A stretch of DNA of 64,000 nt from an uncultured archaeon (GTDB lineage: Archaea; Asgardarchaeota; Hermodarchaeia; Hermodarchaeales; Hermodarchaeaceae), in NCBI GenBank assembly GCA_964347045.1, contig CAYFXC010000003.1, positions 51,669 to 115,668 on the forward strand. The letters are read 5' to 3'. Positions within the stretch are counted from its first letter, which is position 1. The number at the start of each line of letters is the position of its first letter. Position numbers and translations under genes: made by a program. Below the pieces are notes generated by a model. It was not told the origin of the DNA. It made no database searches and saw only the letters and a program-made list of their open reading frames with translations. Of this stretch, positions 18,351 to 28,243 are shown piece after piece.

Positions 18351-19631
18351 ATGTCCTTTCTAAGAGGCGTTCTTAGCGGAGATCCTGCAAAATCAGCTGC
18401 GAAACATGAGAAACGGGCTAGAATGCATCAAGCCGAAGGTAATGAATCAAAAGCTGCCGATGAATGGGCTGCCGCAGGACGCGATTACATAAAGATTCCC
18501 GATTATCAACATGCTTATGACGCCTTTTTACAAGCAGCACAATTTTATCTTGCTGTTAAGGATGATAAGCGAGAGAATGCAATTCTTTTTGATGCCGTGG
18601 ATGCGGCTATTACAAACCAAGATTTCACAGCAGCATCAGGGGCTTTAAACCAGGTAACCCGCATAGGTACTAGAAAAAATGATGATGCACTACTGATTCG
18701 AGCTTACTCTCTCCAAACCATTCTGTTATTTGCTGCTAATGATTTAGCGAAATCGAAGCAGACTCATCGTGAGGCAGAAAAAATCGAGAAACGCTTAGGT
18801 CAGAAAAAAATTAAAACAGCTCTTTTTCCCATTGCATCCCTCCTCGTTAACCGTTTTATTGAAGGAGAGGTTGTTCCTAAGGATATTCAACTCCCCGCCC
18901 GTGTTGACGAGTCAGAAACAGTAAATCAATTAATTACAGATCTCCTCTCACTCTATCAAGATACACAATCTGCAACTCTAAAATTAAAACTGGACAAAGA
19001 AGAAGTCAAAATCAAAGAGCGCGTCTCTGGACGCGTTACAATCTCCTTTTCAGCCCCGGCACAAATTATTGACACTCAGATTTCACTTCCCTCAAATATT
19101 GCACTGCTGGAAACATTGACCATTCCCCTTGGATCAAAGAAGAAATTCAAGATTCCATTCTCACTGGAACCCCGGTTACCAGGCACCTTTGATGTCGGGC
19201 CACTGACAATCCTTTTTCAAATAGATCATCAGCAATTTCAATTTAGATCCAATCTATCCCAATTGAAAATCACTGCTGCCAAACCTCGAATTAACCTGGT
19301 CGCAAAACCGGTCATTTCTCCTCATTCTCAAGAGGAATTCGAGCTTTCTCTACGTGTTGAAAACACCAGCCATGGCGATGCCTCTGATTTAGCTATCAAT
19401 ATAAGCCTACCACCTACTCTTCTTCTCAAAACTGGGACACTAGAAAAACGTATACTCGCTCTTCCTGCCCAACAGCATGTCCAATTCCCCCTATTCCTTA
19501 TTGCTACCAAAGCAGGCACTCATGAAGGCGTAATGACGTGTATATTCCAAGGTCCAAGTGGACGAAGCCAAAAAATAGAGAATAAGTTTTCAGTAGAAAT
19601 TTTACCCCGGGTCCGAAAGGAAAAAGATTAA
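18351..19631 (+). CDS. Hypothetical protein with an all-alpha TPR/SNAP-like N-terminus and two beta-sandwich-like C-terminal modules
   Basis: The call is based on composition and a periodic pattern. There is no signal peptide. Confidence 0.45.
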   Translation: MSFLRGVLSGDPAKSAAKHEKRARMHQAEGNESKAADEWAAAGRDYIKIPDYQHAYDAFLQAAQFYLAVKDDKRENAILFDAVDAAITNQDFTAASGALNQVTRIGTRKNDDALLIRAYSLQTILLFAANDLAKSKQTHREAEKIEKRLGQKKIKTALFPIASLLVNRFIEGEVVPKDIQLPARVDESETVNQLITDLLSLYQDTQSATLKLKLDKEEVKIKERVSGRVTISFSAPAQIIDTQISLPSNIALLETLTIPLGSKKKFKIPFSLEPRLPGTFDVGPLTILFQIDHQQFQFRSNLSQLKITAAKPRINLVAKPVISPHSQEEFELSLRVENTSHGDASDLAINISLPPTLLLKTGTLEKRILALPAQQHVQFPLFLIATKAGTHEGVMTCIFQGPSGRSQKIENKFSVEILPRVRKEKD

Positions 19632-19676
19632 TGAACTGCCTTAGCCGCTGTCAACTATGAATAGGGGTTAACAACT

Positions 19677-20975
19677 ATGCGAGCACTTCTTCTAGCAGGC
19701 GGTGAAGGCAAACGCATGTGGCCACTTGTTGATACATGCCCTAAACCACTAATCGATATCGGTGGTAAACCAGTCATAGAGTGGATAATTAAAGATATGC
19801 GTGCAGCAGGAATTCGTGACATCGTCGTATCCCTCGGATATCGCGGGGAGCAGATTCGCGATTTTCTAGGACAGGGTCACAAATTCGGTGTAAAAATTGA
19901 ATATGTAGTTCAGAAAGAACCTCGAAGTGTCACAGATTCTATTCTTGTCGCGAGAGAAGAATTACAGGGTGAAGATGCATTTTTCATCGTCAACGCGGAT
20001 ATCCTGGGCGAACCTACAATGTTTCGGCGTGCCCAACGACATTTCAAAGATCTTGGTGCCGAAGTTGTCATCAGCCTCACTTTAACAAACAATCCTCAGT
20101 TCTATGGAATTGCAGAAATTAACGAACGTGCTCGAATCAAACGTTTGGTCGAAAAGCCTCAACCTTCTGAAATCCAAAGTCGCTATGCAGTCGCGGGGAT
20201 TTACGTGGTTCAGTCTAATATATTCAATTTGCTCGAAAATACAAAGGATTTGACCACCACCTTTCAACAGCTTATTGATAAGAGGAAAGAGGTCTATGGT
20301 TCCGTTTGGGAACGAGATTGGGTGGAAATATCTTACCCCTGGGATCTCATTCGTGCCAATCGGTTCGTTCTCGATAAAGTGTTAACAGGTAAAGGGTCTT
20401 TTATCGCCTCATCTGCTGATGTACAACAGCCCAGTAGAATCGAAGGTTCCGTTCACATCTCTGAAGGCGTTGTAATTCGTCCCCATTCAACAATACGAGG
20501 ACCCACCTATATTGGTCCTAACACCTACATTGGAAATAATGTACTAGTTCGAGAATACACCGCTTTAGGCTCCAATGTCTTAGTGGGGTTTGGTGTTGAA
20601 ATCAAAGAAAGTCTCATCTTTGATGAAACCAAAATTGGCCGCTTATGTTTTGTGGGTGACAGTGTAGTGGGACGTAACGTGGATATTGGGGCAGGCGCAC
20701 AGCTTGTTAATCGTCCGGTTGCTGGAGAATCAATTTCATCTGTCATAAAAGGTAAATCAGAAGTTGTACCTCGAGTGAAATACGGCGCGGTGATTGGAGA
20801 TAATGCCATCCTGAGTCCCAATGTTTCCATATATCCTGGAGTGAAGGTTGGAACTAATTCTATTGTGCTACCTGGCACCATTCTTTCAGGGGATATTCCT
20901 GCTGACACAGAAGCAAAAACTACTCACAAAGTTGCATTTCGTGCTTTAGGTCAAAGAAAAGAGAAAAAGACTTAA
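19677..20975 (+). CDS. Sugar-1-phosphate nucleotidyltransferase with a C-terminal left-handed beta-helix (GlmU-like, archaeal type)
   Basis: It has LLAGGEGKRMWPL at the N-terminus and hexapeptide repeats in the C-terminal third. Confidence 0.8.
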   Translation: MRALLLAGGEGKRMWPLVDTCPKPLIDIGGKPVIEWIIKDMRAAGIRDIVVSLGYRGEQIRDFLGQGHKFGVKIEYVVQKEPRSVTDSILVAREELQGEDAFFIVNADILGEPTMFRRAQRHFKDLGAEVVISLTLTNNPQFYGIAEINERARIKRLVEKPQPSEIQSRYAVAGIYVVQSNIFNLLENTKDLTTTFQQLIDKRKEVYGSVWERDWVEISYPWDLIRANRFVLDKVLTGKGSFIASSADVQQPSRIEGSVHISEGVVIRPHSTIRGPTYIGPNTYIGNNVLVREYTALGSNVLVGFGVEIKESLIFDETKIGRLCFVGDSVVGRNVDIGAGAQLVNRPVAGESISSVIKGKSEVVPRVKYGAVIGDNAILSPNVSIYPGVKVGTNSIVLPGTILSGDIPADTEAKTTHKVAFRALGQRKEKKT

Positions 20976-21012
20976 AGGCTTTTAGGATGTCCGTCCCAAA
21001 CGGTGATTCGGA

Positions 21013-21243
21013 GTGGCTGTAGTTCTTGCCTATGTCCTTATCTTAGCAAAATCCGGACGCGAATTTGATATAATCGAGAGCCTAAAAGAATTCAAGCAAG
21101 TCAAAGAGGCACGAACCACGTTAGGTTCATGGGACATCATTGCCGCTGTGGAATCTGATTCCATGGAAGATCTCTATGTGCTTGTAGAACGAATACGAGC
21201 CCTTAGAAACGTCGAACGTACATCTACCCTCATTACGAGATAA
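21013..21243 (+). CDS. Stand-alone Lrp/AsnC-type ligand-binding (RAM) domain protein
   Basis: It is 76 aa with a beta-alpha-beta-beta-alpha-beta pattern (AYVLILAKSG...WDIIAAVES...). Confidence 0.6.
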   Translation: MAVVLAYVLILAKSGREFDIIESLKEFKQVKEARTTLGSWDIIAAVESDSMEDLYVLVERIRALRNVERTSTLITR

Positions 21244-21366
21244 TTAAGCCGCCTCCCGTTCTTTATTTCCAACCAGCCCATTTTTATCATCACATTCCTC
21301 AGGAACTAATTAACAAAAGAGTGCCTTTTTGGGGCTTCTTCCTTCCCCCTGACGAGGTAGAATTTC

Positions 21367-22407
21367 ATGACTGATGCATTTCCACCTTCAACAGAAGAAT
21401 TCGATACAATTGAGGAACGGGCGGGAGATGCGAAATTCTTCCTAACTCTTGGAAGTGGAACCTTCTTAATCTTAGGCGCTCTCCTACTTCTACCTCATCT
21501 CGCCAATTATTTTGGTTTAATTCTCCTTCCTCCAAATGTAGCCCTTGCTTCGCTCATGGCTGGATTAGGTTATCTCCTTCCCGGATTTGTTCTATTCGCC
21601 TGGGGTTTAGGAAAAATCTTTCGTGGAAAGGATCTGACTTTTCAGCAAGTTTGGCAAGCCCGAGTGCAAATTGGGGATGTCAAGCGAACCCTTCGCTTCC
21701 TCGTCTTTGTTACATTCTTTATCATCCTGCTTGTAGTTCCCGTGCTCATCGGGCTGTCTATCCTTGACATTATGAATGCCATCATTATGTGGGCACTTAC
21801 TGTCTTTGGACCATTAGGAATTTATGTCGGAGTTTTCATTATTAGTATCTTTGGTAATTTCACTGTCATTTTTCCCGTTCCTTACTTGTTTATTATTCTC
21901 TTAATTGCCCTCCAACCAGGATTCACACTGTTAGATGCTCTGCTGCTTGGCATAGTGGCTGGCGCCGGAGCAGCTATTGGAGAAACAGTTGCCTGGCTAC
22001 TCGGGCGTAGTCAGAGCGGATCCTTGGAAGAATCACCTACTGGGCAAAAGATTTTAAAAATCCGTGGACAAATCGAACGCGGCTATGGGGGGCTATTGAT
22101 CTTCATCTATGCTGCAACACCACTACCTGATGACATCCTCCTCATCGCTCTTGGGGCAACGAAATATCCGCTATGGAAAGCTCTCGTTTTTTGTTTCTTC
22201 GGAAAAGTTGCACTTGCATTATTAATTACTTTGGGAGCGCAGTTACCCTTTCTACAACCCATTTTGTTCCAAATTTTTGGAGGAGGTTCAGATCCTCTCA
22301 TGGATACCCTCTATCTCATTCTCGGTATCGCTTTGATTGGTCTATTCTTTTTACCATGGGGAACCCTGCTAAGGAAGATTCGTGGCACATCAGAGGAGAC
22401 GAAATAA
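21367..22407 (+). CDS. Polytopic membrane protein, DedA/VTT (SNARE-associated)-like
   Basis: It has multiple TM helices and a region resembling a VTT domain. The assignment is tentative. Confidence 0.5.
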   Translation: MTDAFPPSTEEFDTIEERAGDAKFFLTLGSGTFLILGALLLLPHLANYFGLILLPPNVALASLMAGLGYLLPGFVLFAWGLGKIFRGKDLTFQQVWQARVQIGDVKRTLRFLVFVTFFIILLVVPVLIGLSILDIMNAIIMWALTVFGPLGIYVGVFIISIFGNFTVIFPVPYLFIILLIALQPGFTLLDALLLGIVAGAGAAIGETVAWLLGRSQSGSLEESPTGQKILKIRGQIERGYGGLLIFIYAATPLPDDILLIALGATKYPLWKALVFCFFGKVALALLITLGAQLPFLQPILFQIFGGGSDPLMDTLYLILGIALIGLFFLPWGTLLRKIRGTSEETK

Positions 22408-23055
22408 ATAGATTCGCTCTAATAAGCCAAAAATACGGCCCTTAGCAATGATCTGAATTTTGAAGCCGACATTTTTTGTAAGTGAAATTATCCGTGGCAA
22501 TAAAGCAGCGGAACTTAGCAGCATCTGGATTTCACCGTTTTTGGCTAGCACTTGTCGTGCATTGCTAAGAAACTGATCAAATAGCTCGTACTTAGAACCA
22601 GCACACCATCCTTTTGCCATCCAGCTTTGAGCATCAAACCGGAAATAAGGGGGGTTGAATAAGATGATATCAAATGTTTCGTCCTTTACTGGAGAGAATA
22701 AATCACCTAAAAGGACTCTAACTCGGCTCTCAATTCCATTTAGTCGCAAAGTAGCTTGGGCACATTGAACCGCTAAGGGACTGATATCCGTTGCTGTCAC
22801 AGGTTGTGTTATCTGTGCCGCCGCGGCTGCGATGGCTCCTGACCCAGTGCCAATTTCAAGCACCCGTCTTCTAGGTTTTAATTTCATGTGTCGAATAAAA
22901 AAGGAGGTTGTTTGACCCAAAATCGGGTTGAACACTTGGGGGCAAATCTGTACGCGAAGTCCGTTAATCATTGTTACTTTTTCATAATGTACTCGACGAT
23001 GGAAGAGTTCCAATAACCATGCGATTAGCCTTGGATATTGTGATTGGGCTAACAT
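22390..23055 (-). CDS. SAM-dependent methyltransferase with an NPPY motif (HemK/PrmC/Mtq2-like)
   Basis: It has VLEIGTGSGAIA (motif I) and FNPPYF (motif IV). I prefer the internal ATG (MLAQSQYP). Confidence 0.75.
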   Translation of the reverse strand: MLAQSQYPRLIAWLLELFHRRVHYEKVTMINGLRVQICPQVFNPILGQTTSFFIRHMKLKPRRRVLEIGTGSGAIAAAAAQITQPVTATDISPLAVQCAQATLRLNGIESRVRVLLGDLFSPVKDETFDIILFNPPYFRFDAQSWMAKGWCAGSKYELFDQFLSNARQVLAKNGEIQMLLSSAALLPRIISLTKNVGFKIQIIAKGRIFGLLERIYLFRLL

Positions 23056-23184
23056 GATTAGATATCCTTCTTTTGTTTCATTCACAAGAGCATAATTGTT
23101 TAGTTTTCCCCTAAAACAACTAGGAGCTGATATGCTACCCCACAAGGTTTTAAACTATTCAATCTAAGGTGACACTGATGCAGA

Positions 23185-23649
23185 ATGGCGCTCGGCGGAT
23201 TTGACTTCTTAGCAGCTGAAAAAGACACCTCTAAGAAAATTGAGGAACTTGCGCAAGTTCTTGAAAGGGTGGCAACCATTTTTCTCAACGGCGTTGGCTC
23301 ACTTGAAAAACAAATAGATGATTTGCGAAATCGGTTATCTATAATTGAAACACAAGTTGATACAGTTCTTCGTATGGGTGGACCCAAAGGAGCACCAACA
23401 GTTACCGCCGCCACCAGTGTAGGAGAACCGCCTAAAGCCGGACCAACTCCTAGTCCTGGAATGCCGCCTTCACAAGCTAGTCCCGGTTCTTCTCCAGGTC
23501 TGGCAGCACCTCCTCAAGCGCCAACATCACCGATGGGTGCTGCGGCCTCCGGCGGGCTAGGAATTCGTGCTCAAATGCAAGGTGAACTTCAATCATTTCT
23601 TGCTCGACGCCGTGCGGCGCTTGAATCCATGATGGAAAATGAAGAATAG
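23185..23649 (+). CDS. Hypothetical protein with a coiled-coil N-terminus, a Pro/Ser/Ala-rich linker and a C-terminal amphipathic helix
   Basis: The call rests on the ORF and its composition only. Confidence 0.4.
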   Translation: MALGGFDFLAAEKDTSKKIEELAQVLERVATIFLNGVGSLEKQIDDLRNRLSIIETQVDTVLRMGGPKGAPTVTAATSVGEPPKAGPTPSPGMPPSQASPGSSPGLAAPPQAPTSPMGAAASGGLGIRAQMQGELQSFLARRRAALESMMENEE

Positions 23650-23661
23650 CAGCGTCTTGCC

Positions 23662-24300
23662 CTATTCATTTTTAAAGAATTGGCTTAAATCCTGTTGACC
23701 TTTCTGTGGTTCGGAATTTAATTTTTCACGAGTATTAAGCAGGCGTTTTAGTTTTTGCATATCTGCTTCCATCTCTGGGGTTAGATTTTGATTATACAAT
23801 CCTGCCGCAGGGTGATACATTACAAAATAGGTGCGTCCTCCGCGTTTGAAGGTTTTTCCATGCATGGTTCCCATTCTTACAGTTGTTTCAAGAATGGTTT
23901 CTGTTGGAACTCGACCGACCAACGCAATAACTCGAGGTTTTATAAAATCTAATTGGCGTAAAAGGAATGGAAAACAGGCTTTTCGTTCATCAGCGAATGG
24001 TTGTCGATTTTCTGGAGGACGACACTTTACGATGTTTGTGATGAAAACCATCGCTCTCGGGATTCCGGCTTCTTCTAGCAATTTGGTAAGTAATTTTCCT
24101 GCCGCTCCAACAAACGGCTCACCTTGAAGATCCTCTTGTCTTCCTGGTGCCTCGCCGATTATAACTAATTGGGCTTCTTGAGGCCCAACTCCCGGCACTG
24201 CTTGTGTCCGGGATTTCGAAAGTATACATTTACGACATTCTAATATCTCGTGTCGTAGAAGGATCCATTGGTCTGAACTCATCGTCTCACCACTTACCAA
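23662..24300 (-). CDS. Family 4 uracil-DNA glycosylase
   Basis: It has N-terminal Cys residues (ECRKC), GEAPGRQEDLQGEPFVGAAG and a YHPAA motif. Confidence 0.85.
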   Translation of the reverse strand: MVSGETMSSDQWILLRHEILECRKCILSKSRTQAVPGVGPQEAQLVIIGEAPGRQEDLQGEPFVGAAGKLLTKLLEEAGIPRAMVFITNIVKCRPPENRQPFADERKACFPFLLRQLDFIKPRVIALVGRVPTETILETTVRMGTMHGKTFKRGGRTYFVMYHPAAGLYNQNLTPEMEADMQKLKRLLNTREKLNSEPQKGQQDLSQFFKNE

Positions 24301-24339
24301 GCATCAACAGGGTGGAGAGGGTACATCTTCCTCTTAATG

Positions 24340-25188
24340 CTATTCGGTTGGGGTTGTTGCACGAACTCGTCGTCGCTTGCGGAATGCATAGAAGAGAACT
24401 AAGCCTAGAAAAATCCCTGCAGGTAAAATGATGGTTACAATCTTGTTAACCAATGATGTATCAACAGGAATGGTAATGACTTGACTACTGATGAATTCGT
24501 CAAAATAATACATTGAAACGTTTGCAGGGAACATACCGAAATCATATACGTGAGTAACATTAGGCATTAGTGGAATTGCTACTGTATTCGATCCAGGTAG
24601 AATTTCGACTTCTTGTGAAGAGTTTACAAATTTTGATCCAAATACTTCAATACGAACTGATTTTATCTCGTTGACGCGATTTTCAATTGAGACCAAAAGG
24701 AGTCCTATTTGGTTCTGTGAAAAGACGCTTCCAGGCACAACATTTGTGATGCTTGCAACAGGAATCACAGTGATCGGGTATTGCTCGTATAAGAACGAGA
24801 AATCACCAACACTAATCTCAAAGGTAGCAATGTGAACTCCCAAAGTAGCGGTCTCATTTACTTTGTACTCAACGACGACAGTCATTGACTCTTCAGGTCC
24901 GATTGTGAAGTTCACAAGTTCTATGAGTGGATTAATTGGGCTTTGGCTTCGGATTTCGCCTATTTGGTCAGAAAACCGTGCCCACCCATCAAGTGAGATA
25001 TTTAACAAGTTATGGACGGTTGCTTGTACTTGCCCACTTGATGCTTGAGGTATTTCATAGGGGACTTGAACATCGGTGATTTGGATATTCGGTTGAGCCG
25101 CAACCGGTGTGTAGGCGGGTAAACCCAGAATTGAGGCGATGAACAACGTTGCAATCAAAAGGGTACAAATGCGAAGTGAGAGTTTCAC
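24340..25188 (-). CDS. Secreted or cell-surface protein with an N-terminal signal/anchor and a C-terminal TM anchor
   Basis: It has a hydrophobic N-terminus, a beta-rich body, and a C-terminal TM helix followed by a basic tail (RKRRRVR). Confidence 0.5.
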   Translation of the reverse strand: MKLSLRICTLLIATLFIASILGLPAYTPVAAQPNIQITDVQVPYEIPQASSGQVQATVHNLLNISLDGWARFSDQIGEIRSQSPINPLIELVNFTIGPEESMTVVVEYKVNETATLGVHIATFEISVGDFSFLYEQYPITVIPVASITNVVPGSVFSQNQIGLLLVSIENRVNEIKSVRIEVFGSKFVNSSQEVEILPGSNTVAIPLMPNVTHVYDFGMFPANVSMYYFDEFISSQVITIPVDTSLVNKIVTIILPAGIFLGLVLFYAFRKRRRVRATTPTE

Positions 25189-25344
25189 TAGTTAGCCACC
25201 TTGTTGTTTACTGGTCTTGGGGTTCAGAGCCAATGTCTAATGTGTCTTTTAAAGTCTTTCTGCCTAGGACGGAACGAAAATCTTCTCCCTCCTTAGACAT
25301 GCTCGAAGGCAGTTCTCCAAGTAACTAATTCGGCATGTTTAAAT

Positions 25345-25381
25345 AAAGCAGTATTACTGCTTTGCCGGACTATATATAGTC
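25345..25381. promoter_or_regulatory. Candidate PadR operator plus TATA box: a 19-nt palindrome and a 14-nt palindromic TATA element
   Basis: AAAGCAGTA-T-TACTGCTTT lies at 25345..25363 with 9-nt perfect arms. GACTATATATAGTC lies at 25368..25381. Both sit 27-63 nt upstream of the padR ATG. Confidence 0.45.
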
Positions 25382-25407
25382 ACACGATATATTCGGAGTA
25401 GAGTTGA

Positions 25408-25830
25408 ATGACTGAAGCACCTACCGACAAAACAAATGATAAGATTCGAGAATGGTCTCGTGAAATCAATCGTGGCATTCTTGAGTTCTGGGTACTCACC
25501 TTATTGCGGCAAGAAAGCCTTTATGGAGCGCGTATCAGCGCTCTTATCGATGACATGTCGGCAGGGCACATTCAAATGGAACCCGGAACCATCTATCCCT
25601 TACTCAATCGTCTTGCAGAAAAAGGGTGGATTGTTGGCAACACCAAAATCCACAGTGAAGGTCGAGGGCCCTTGCGTCGGTACTATCGGTTAACCAAAGA
25701 TGGTGATCAATTACTCCAAGCAATGATCGACCATTACTTTGATACATGTGAAGCCCTCTTCCAATTAATGGCATCTGAGTTCCAGTCTGTCCGTAAACGC
25801 TTATCTTCAATAACGGAGGAAATTGATTAA
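25408..25830 (+). CDS. padR: PadR-family winged-helix transcriptional regulator
   Basis: It has the ILEFWVLTLL...YG...GTIYPLLNRLAEKGWI signature. Confidence 0.85.
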   Translation: MTEAPTDKTNDKIREWSREINRGILEFWVLTLLRQESLYGARISALIDDMSAGHIQMEPGTIYPLLNRLAEKGWIVGNTKIHSEGRGPLRRYYRLTKDGDQLLQAMIDHYFDTCEALFQLMASEFQSVRKRLSSITEEID

Positions 25831-28083
25831 ATGTCAGCAAAAATTCAACTTCGTGTAGTCTCTCTTCCAAGCGATGAAGCTGGACGTGGAATTGTCCGTG
25901 TTGACCCCAAGGTCATGGAACGCCTTGGCGTGACGTCGGGGGACATAGTTGAGATTACAGGAAAAAAGAATACTGGTGCTCGCGTTTGGCGTGGTCAATC
26001 CATTCATGCGGGTTCAGGAAAAATCTTCATGGATGGTCTGGTCCGAAGCAACGCTGGTACTGGGATTGGAGAATTTGTCGAAGTCAAACGAATTGATCCA
26101 TCACCTGCTAAAGGAGTCGAACTTGCACCTGCACAACGAGGTGTTCGAATTGTCGCGGAAGGCGATGCCGTAAAACCGAGCTTAAATCAACGACCAGTTG
26201 CTCAAGGTGATATTGTTAGTACTGCGGGATCAGGCACCATTCGGAGTGGCGATTATTCAGTTTTCGAAGCTATGATGCGTGGTGCAGGAGCACCCTTTGC
26301 CCTTGGAGAAATCAAGTTCGTGGTTACTAAAACCACTCCTAAAGGCATTGTTAAGATTACCGAAGATACGGTTATTCAGATTCAACCCGAAGCCGTCGAT
26401 ATTACTGTAAAAGCTCCCATTGTCACCTACGAAGATATTGGAGGGCTTGATGAGGCTATTGACCGCGTTCGCGAGATGATTGAACTTCCTTTGAAACACC
26501 CGGTGCTCTTTGATCGATTGGGAATTGATCCACCAAAAGGAGTCCTACTATTCGGACCACCTGGTACGGGTAAAACTCTTCTAGCACGTGCTGTAGCCAA
26601 TGAATCTGATGCAACATTCATTTCCATTAATGGTCCTGAAATTATGAGTAAATTTTATGGCGAATCTGAAAAACGCCTACGGGAACTATTTGATAAAGCA
26701 TCTGAACGTGCTCCTAGCATCATCTTCATTGATGAAATCGACAGCATTGCTCCTAAACGTGAAGAAGTACAAGGGGAAGTAGAACGTCGTGTTGTAGCCC
26801 AGCTCCTTGCACTCATGGATGGTCTTCAAGCCCGAGGCCGAGTCATCGTCATTGCGGCCACTAACCGCCAAGATGCATTAGATCCAGCGTTACGTCGCCC
26901 CGGTCGCTTTGACCGCGAAATTGAAATCCCAGTACCAACACGCACGGGACGCAAGGAAATTCTTCTTATCCACACACGTGGTATGCCCTTAGCTAAAGAT
27001 GTGAATCTAGATACACTTGCTGATTCCACACATGGAATGGTAGGCGCTGATTTGGCTGCAATTGCCCGTGAAGCGGCAATGAATACGTTGCGCCGGATTC
27101 TTCCACGAATCAATTTGGATGAGGATCAACCTCTTCCATCAGATATTATTGAAAGTCTTGAAGTCACAGGTGAAGATTTTGACGAATCATTACGACGTGC
27201 AGAACCTTCTGCTCTTCGCGAAGTGTATCTAGAAATCCCCAAAGTATCATGGGAGGACGTGGGAGGACTAAAAGAAGTAGAAGATGAATTACGCGAAGCT
27301 GTTGAGTGGCCTCTAAAATACCCTGCTAAATTTGAAAAAGTCGGGGTTCAACCACCTAAAGGAATTCTTCTCGTTGGACCACCTGGTGGTGGAAAGACAT
27401 TACTAGCAAAGGCTGTTGCCACCGAAAGTGAAGCCAACTTCATTGCCATCCGAGGACCTGAGATTTTCAGCAAATGGGTGGGAGAATCTGAGAAAGGAAT
27501 TCGGAAAATCTTTCGCAAAGCACGACAAGTTGCGCCTAGTATAATCTTCTTTGACGAGCTTGATAGCCTTGCTCCCGCAAGAGGTCAATGGCAAGGAAGC
27601 CACGTCTATGAATCCGTTCTTAATCAACTCCTTGCAGAGATGGATGGAATGGAAGAGCTCAAAAACGTCGTTGTAATTGGTGCCACCAATCGACCTGAAA
27701 TCATTGATAAGGCACTCCTCCGCCCTGGACGCTTTGACCGAATCATCATGGTCCCAGCACCAGACATGGAAGCTCGGATAGAAATTCTCAAGGTTCATAC
27801 ACGAAAAATGCCCATCGATGACGATGTAGACCTTATAAAAATCGCTAAGGAAACCGAAGGCTACTCTGGTGCTGATATCGCAAACCTTATCCGTGAAGCT
27901 GGCATGTACGCAATTCGAAACGAAGAAAAACTGACTACTGTCAATGCCAAGCACTTTGAAGCAGCTAGGGCTAAAATCAAACCCAGCATCACTCCTGAAA
28001 TGCTCAAAGCCTACAAAGATTACATCGACGTGATGTCCACAAAACGTGATGCTATCGACACCACGCCTGGTCCTTATACCTAA
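25831..28083 (+). CDS. cdc48: CDC48/VCP/p97-type AAA+ ATPase (double-psi barrel N domain plus D1 and D2)
   Basis: It has two Walker A motifs ([16 protein letters not shown]), two Walker B motifs ([16 protein letters not shown]) and SRH regions. Its ATG directly abuts the padR stop (TAAATG). Confidence 0.95.
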   Translation: MSAKIQLRVVSLPSDEAGRGIVRVDPKVMERLGVTSGDIVEITGKKNTGARVWRGQSIHAGSGKIFMDGLVRSNAGTGIGEFVEVKRIDPSPAKGVELAPAQRGVRIVAEGDAVKPSLNQRPVAQGDIVSTAGSGTIRSGDYSVFEAMMRGAGAPFALGEIKFVVTKTTPKGIVKITEDTVIQIQPEAVDITVKAPIVTYEDIGGLDEAIDRVREMIELPLKHPVLFDRLGIDPPKGVLLFGPPGTGKTLLARAVANESDATFISINGPEIMSKFYGESEKRLRELFDKASERAPSIIFIDEIDSIAPKREEVQGEVERRVVAQLLALMDGLQARGRVIVIAATNRQDALDPALRRPGRFDREIEIPVPTRTGRKEILLIHTRGMPLAKDVNLDTLADSTHGMVGADLAAIAREAAMNTLRRILPRINLDEDQPLPSDIIESLEVTGEDFDESLRRAEPSALREVYLEIPKVSWEDVGGLKEVEDELREAVEWPLKYPAKFEKVGVQPPKGILLVGPPGGGKTLLAKAVATESEANFIAIRGPEIFSKWVGESEKGIRKIFRKARQVAPSIIFFDELDSLAPARGQWQGSHVYESVLNQLLAEMDGMEELKNVVVIGATNRPEIIDKALLRPGRFDRIIMVPAPDMEARIEILKVHTRKMPIDDDVDLIKIAKETEGYSGADIANLIREAGMYAIRNEEKLTTVNAKHFEAARAKIKPSITPEMLKAYKDYIDVMSTKRDAIDTTPGPYT

Positions 28084-28095
28084 AAACTTAAACAT

Positions 28096-28114
28096 CCGGC
28101 TCTCCCTGAGCCGG
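28096..28114 (+). terminator. Stem-loop followed by a T-rich tract downstream of cdc48
   Basis: The stem-loop is CCGGCTC-tccct-GAGCCGG, followed by aaatccctttctttt. Confidence 0.4.
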
Positions 28115-28152
28115 AAATCCCTTTCTTTTCATCAAAATGGCGCTTGCCAGCC

Positions 28153-28212
28153 CTATAAAAGGTTTATAAGGGCAATGGCTACGTTATAAACAGTCTTTAA
28201 AAAGTTTATAAA
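28153..28212 (+). promoter_or_regulatory. Cluster of TATA-like boxes upstream of tbp
   Basis: The boxes are ctataaaa, tttataag, gttataaa and tttataaa. GGAGG lies at 28231-28235 and the TTG start at 28244. Confidence 0.4.
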
Positions 28213-28243
28213 GCACACTCCGCCGGTCTGGGAGGTATTCATC

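Noticed and set aside
27403-28095. A 230-aa ORF antisense to cdc48.
   Set aside because: It lies fully inside a highly conserved AAA+ gene on the other strand and has no recognisable motifs.
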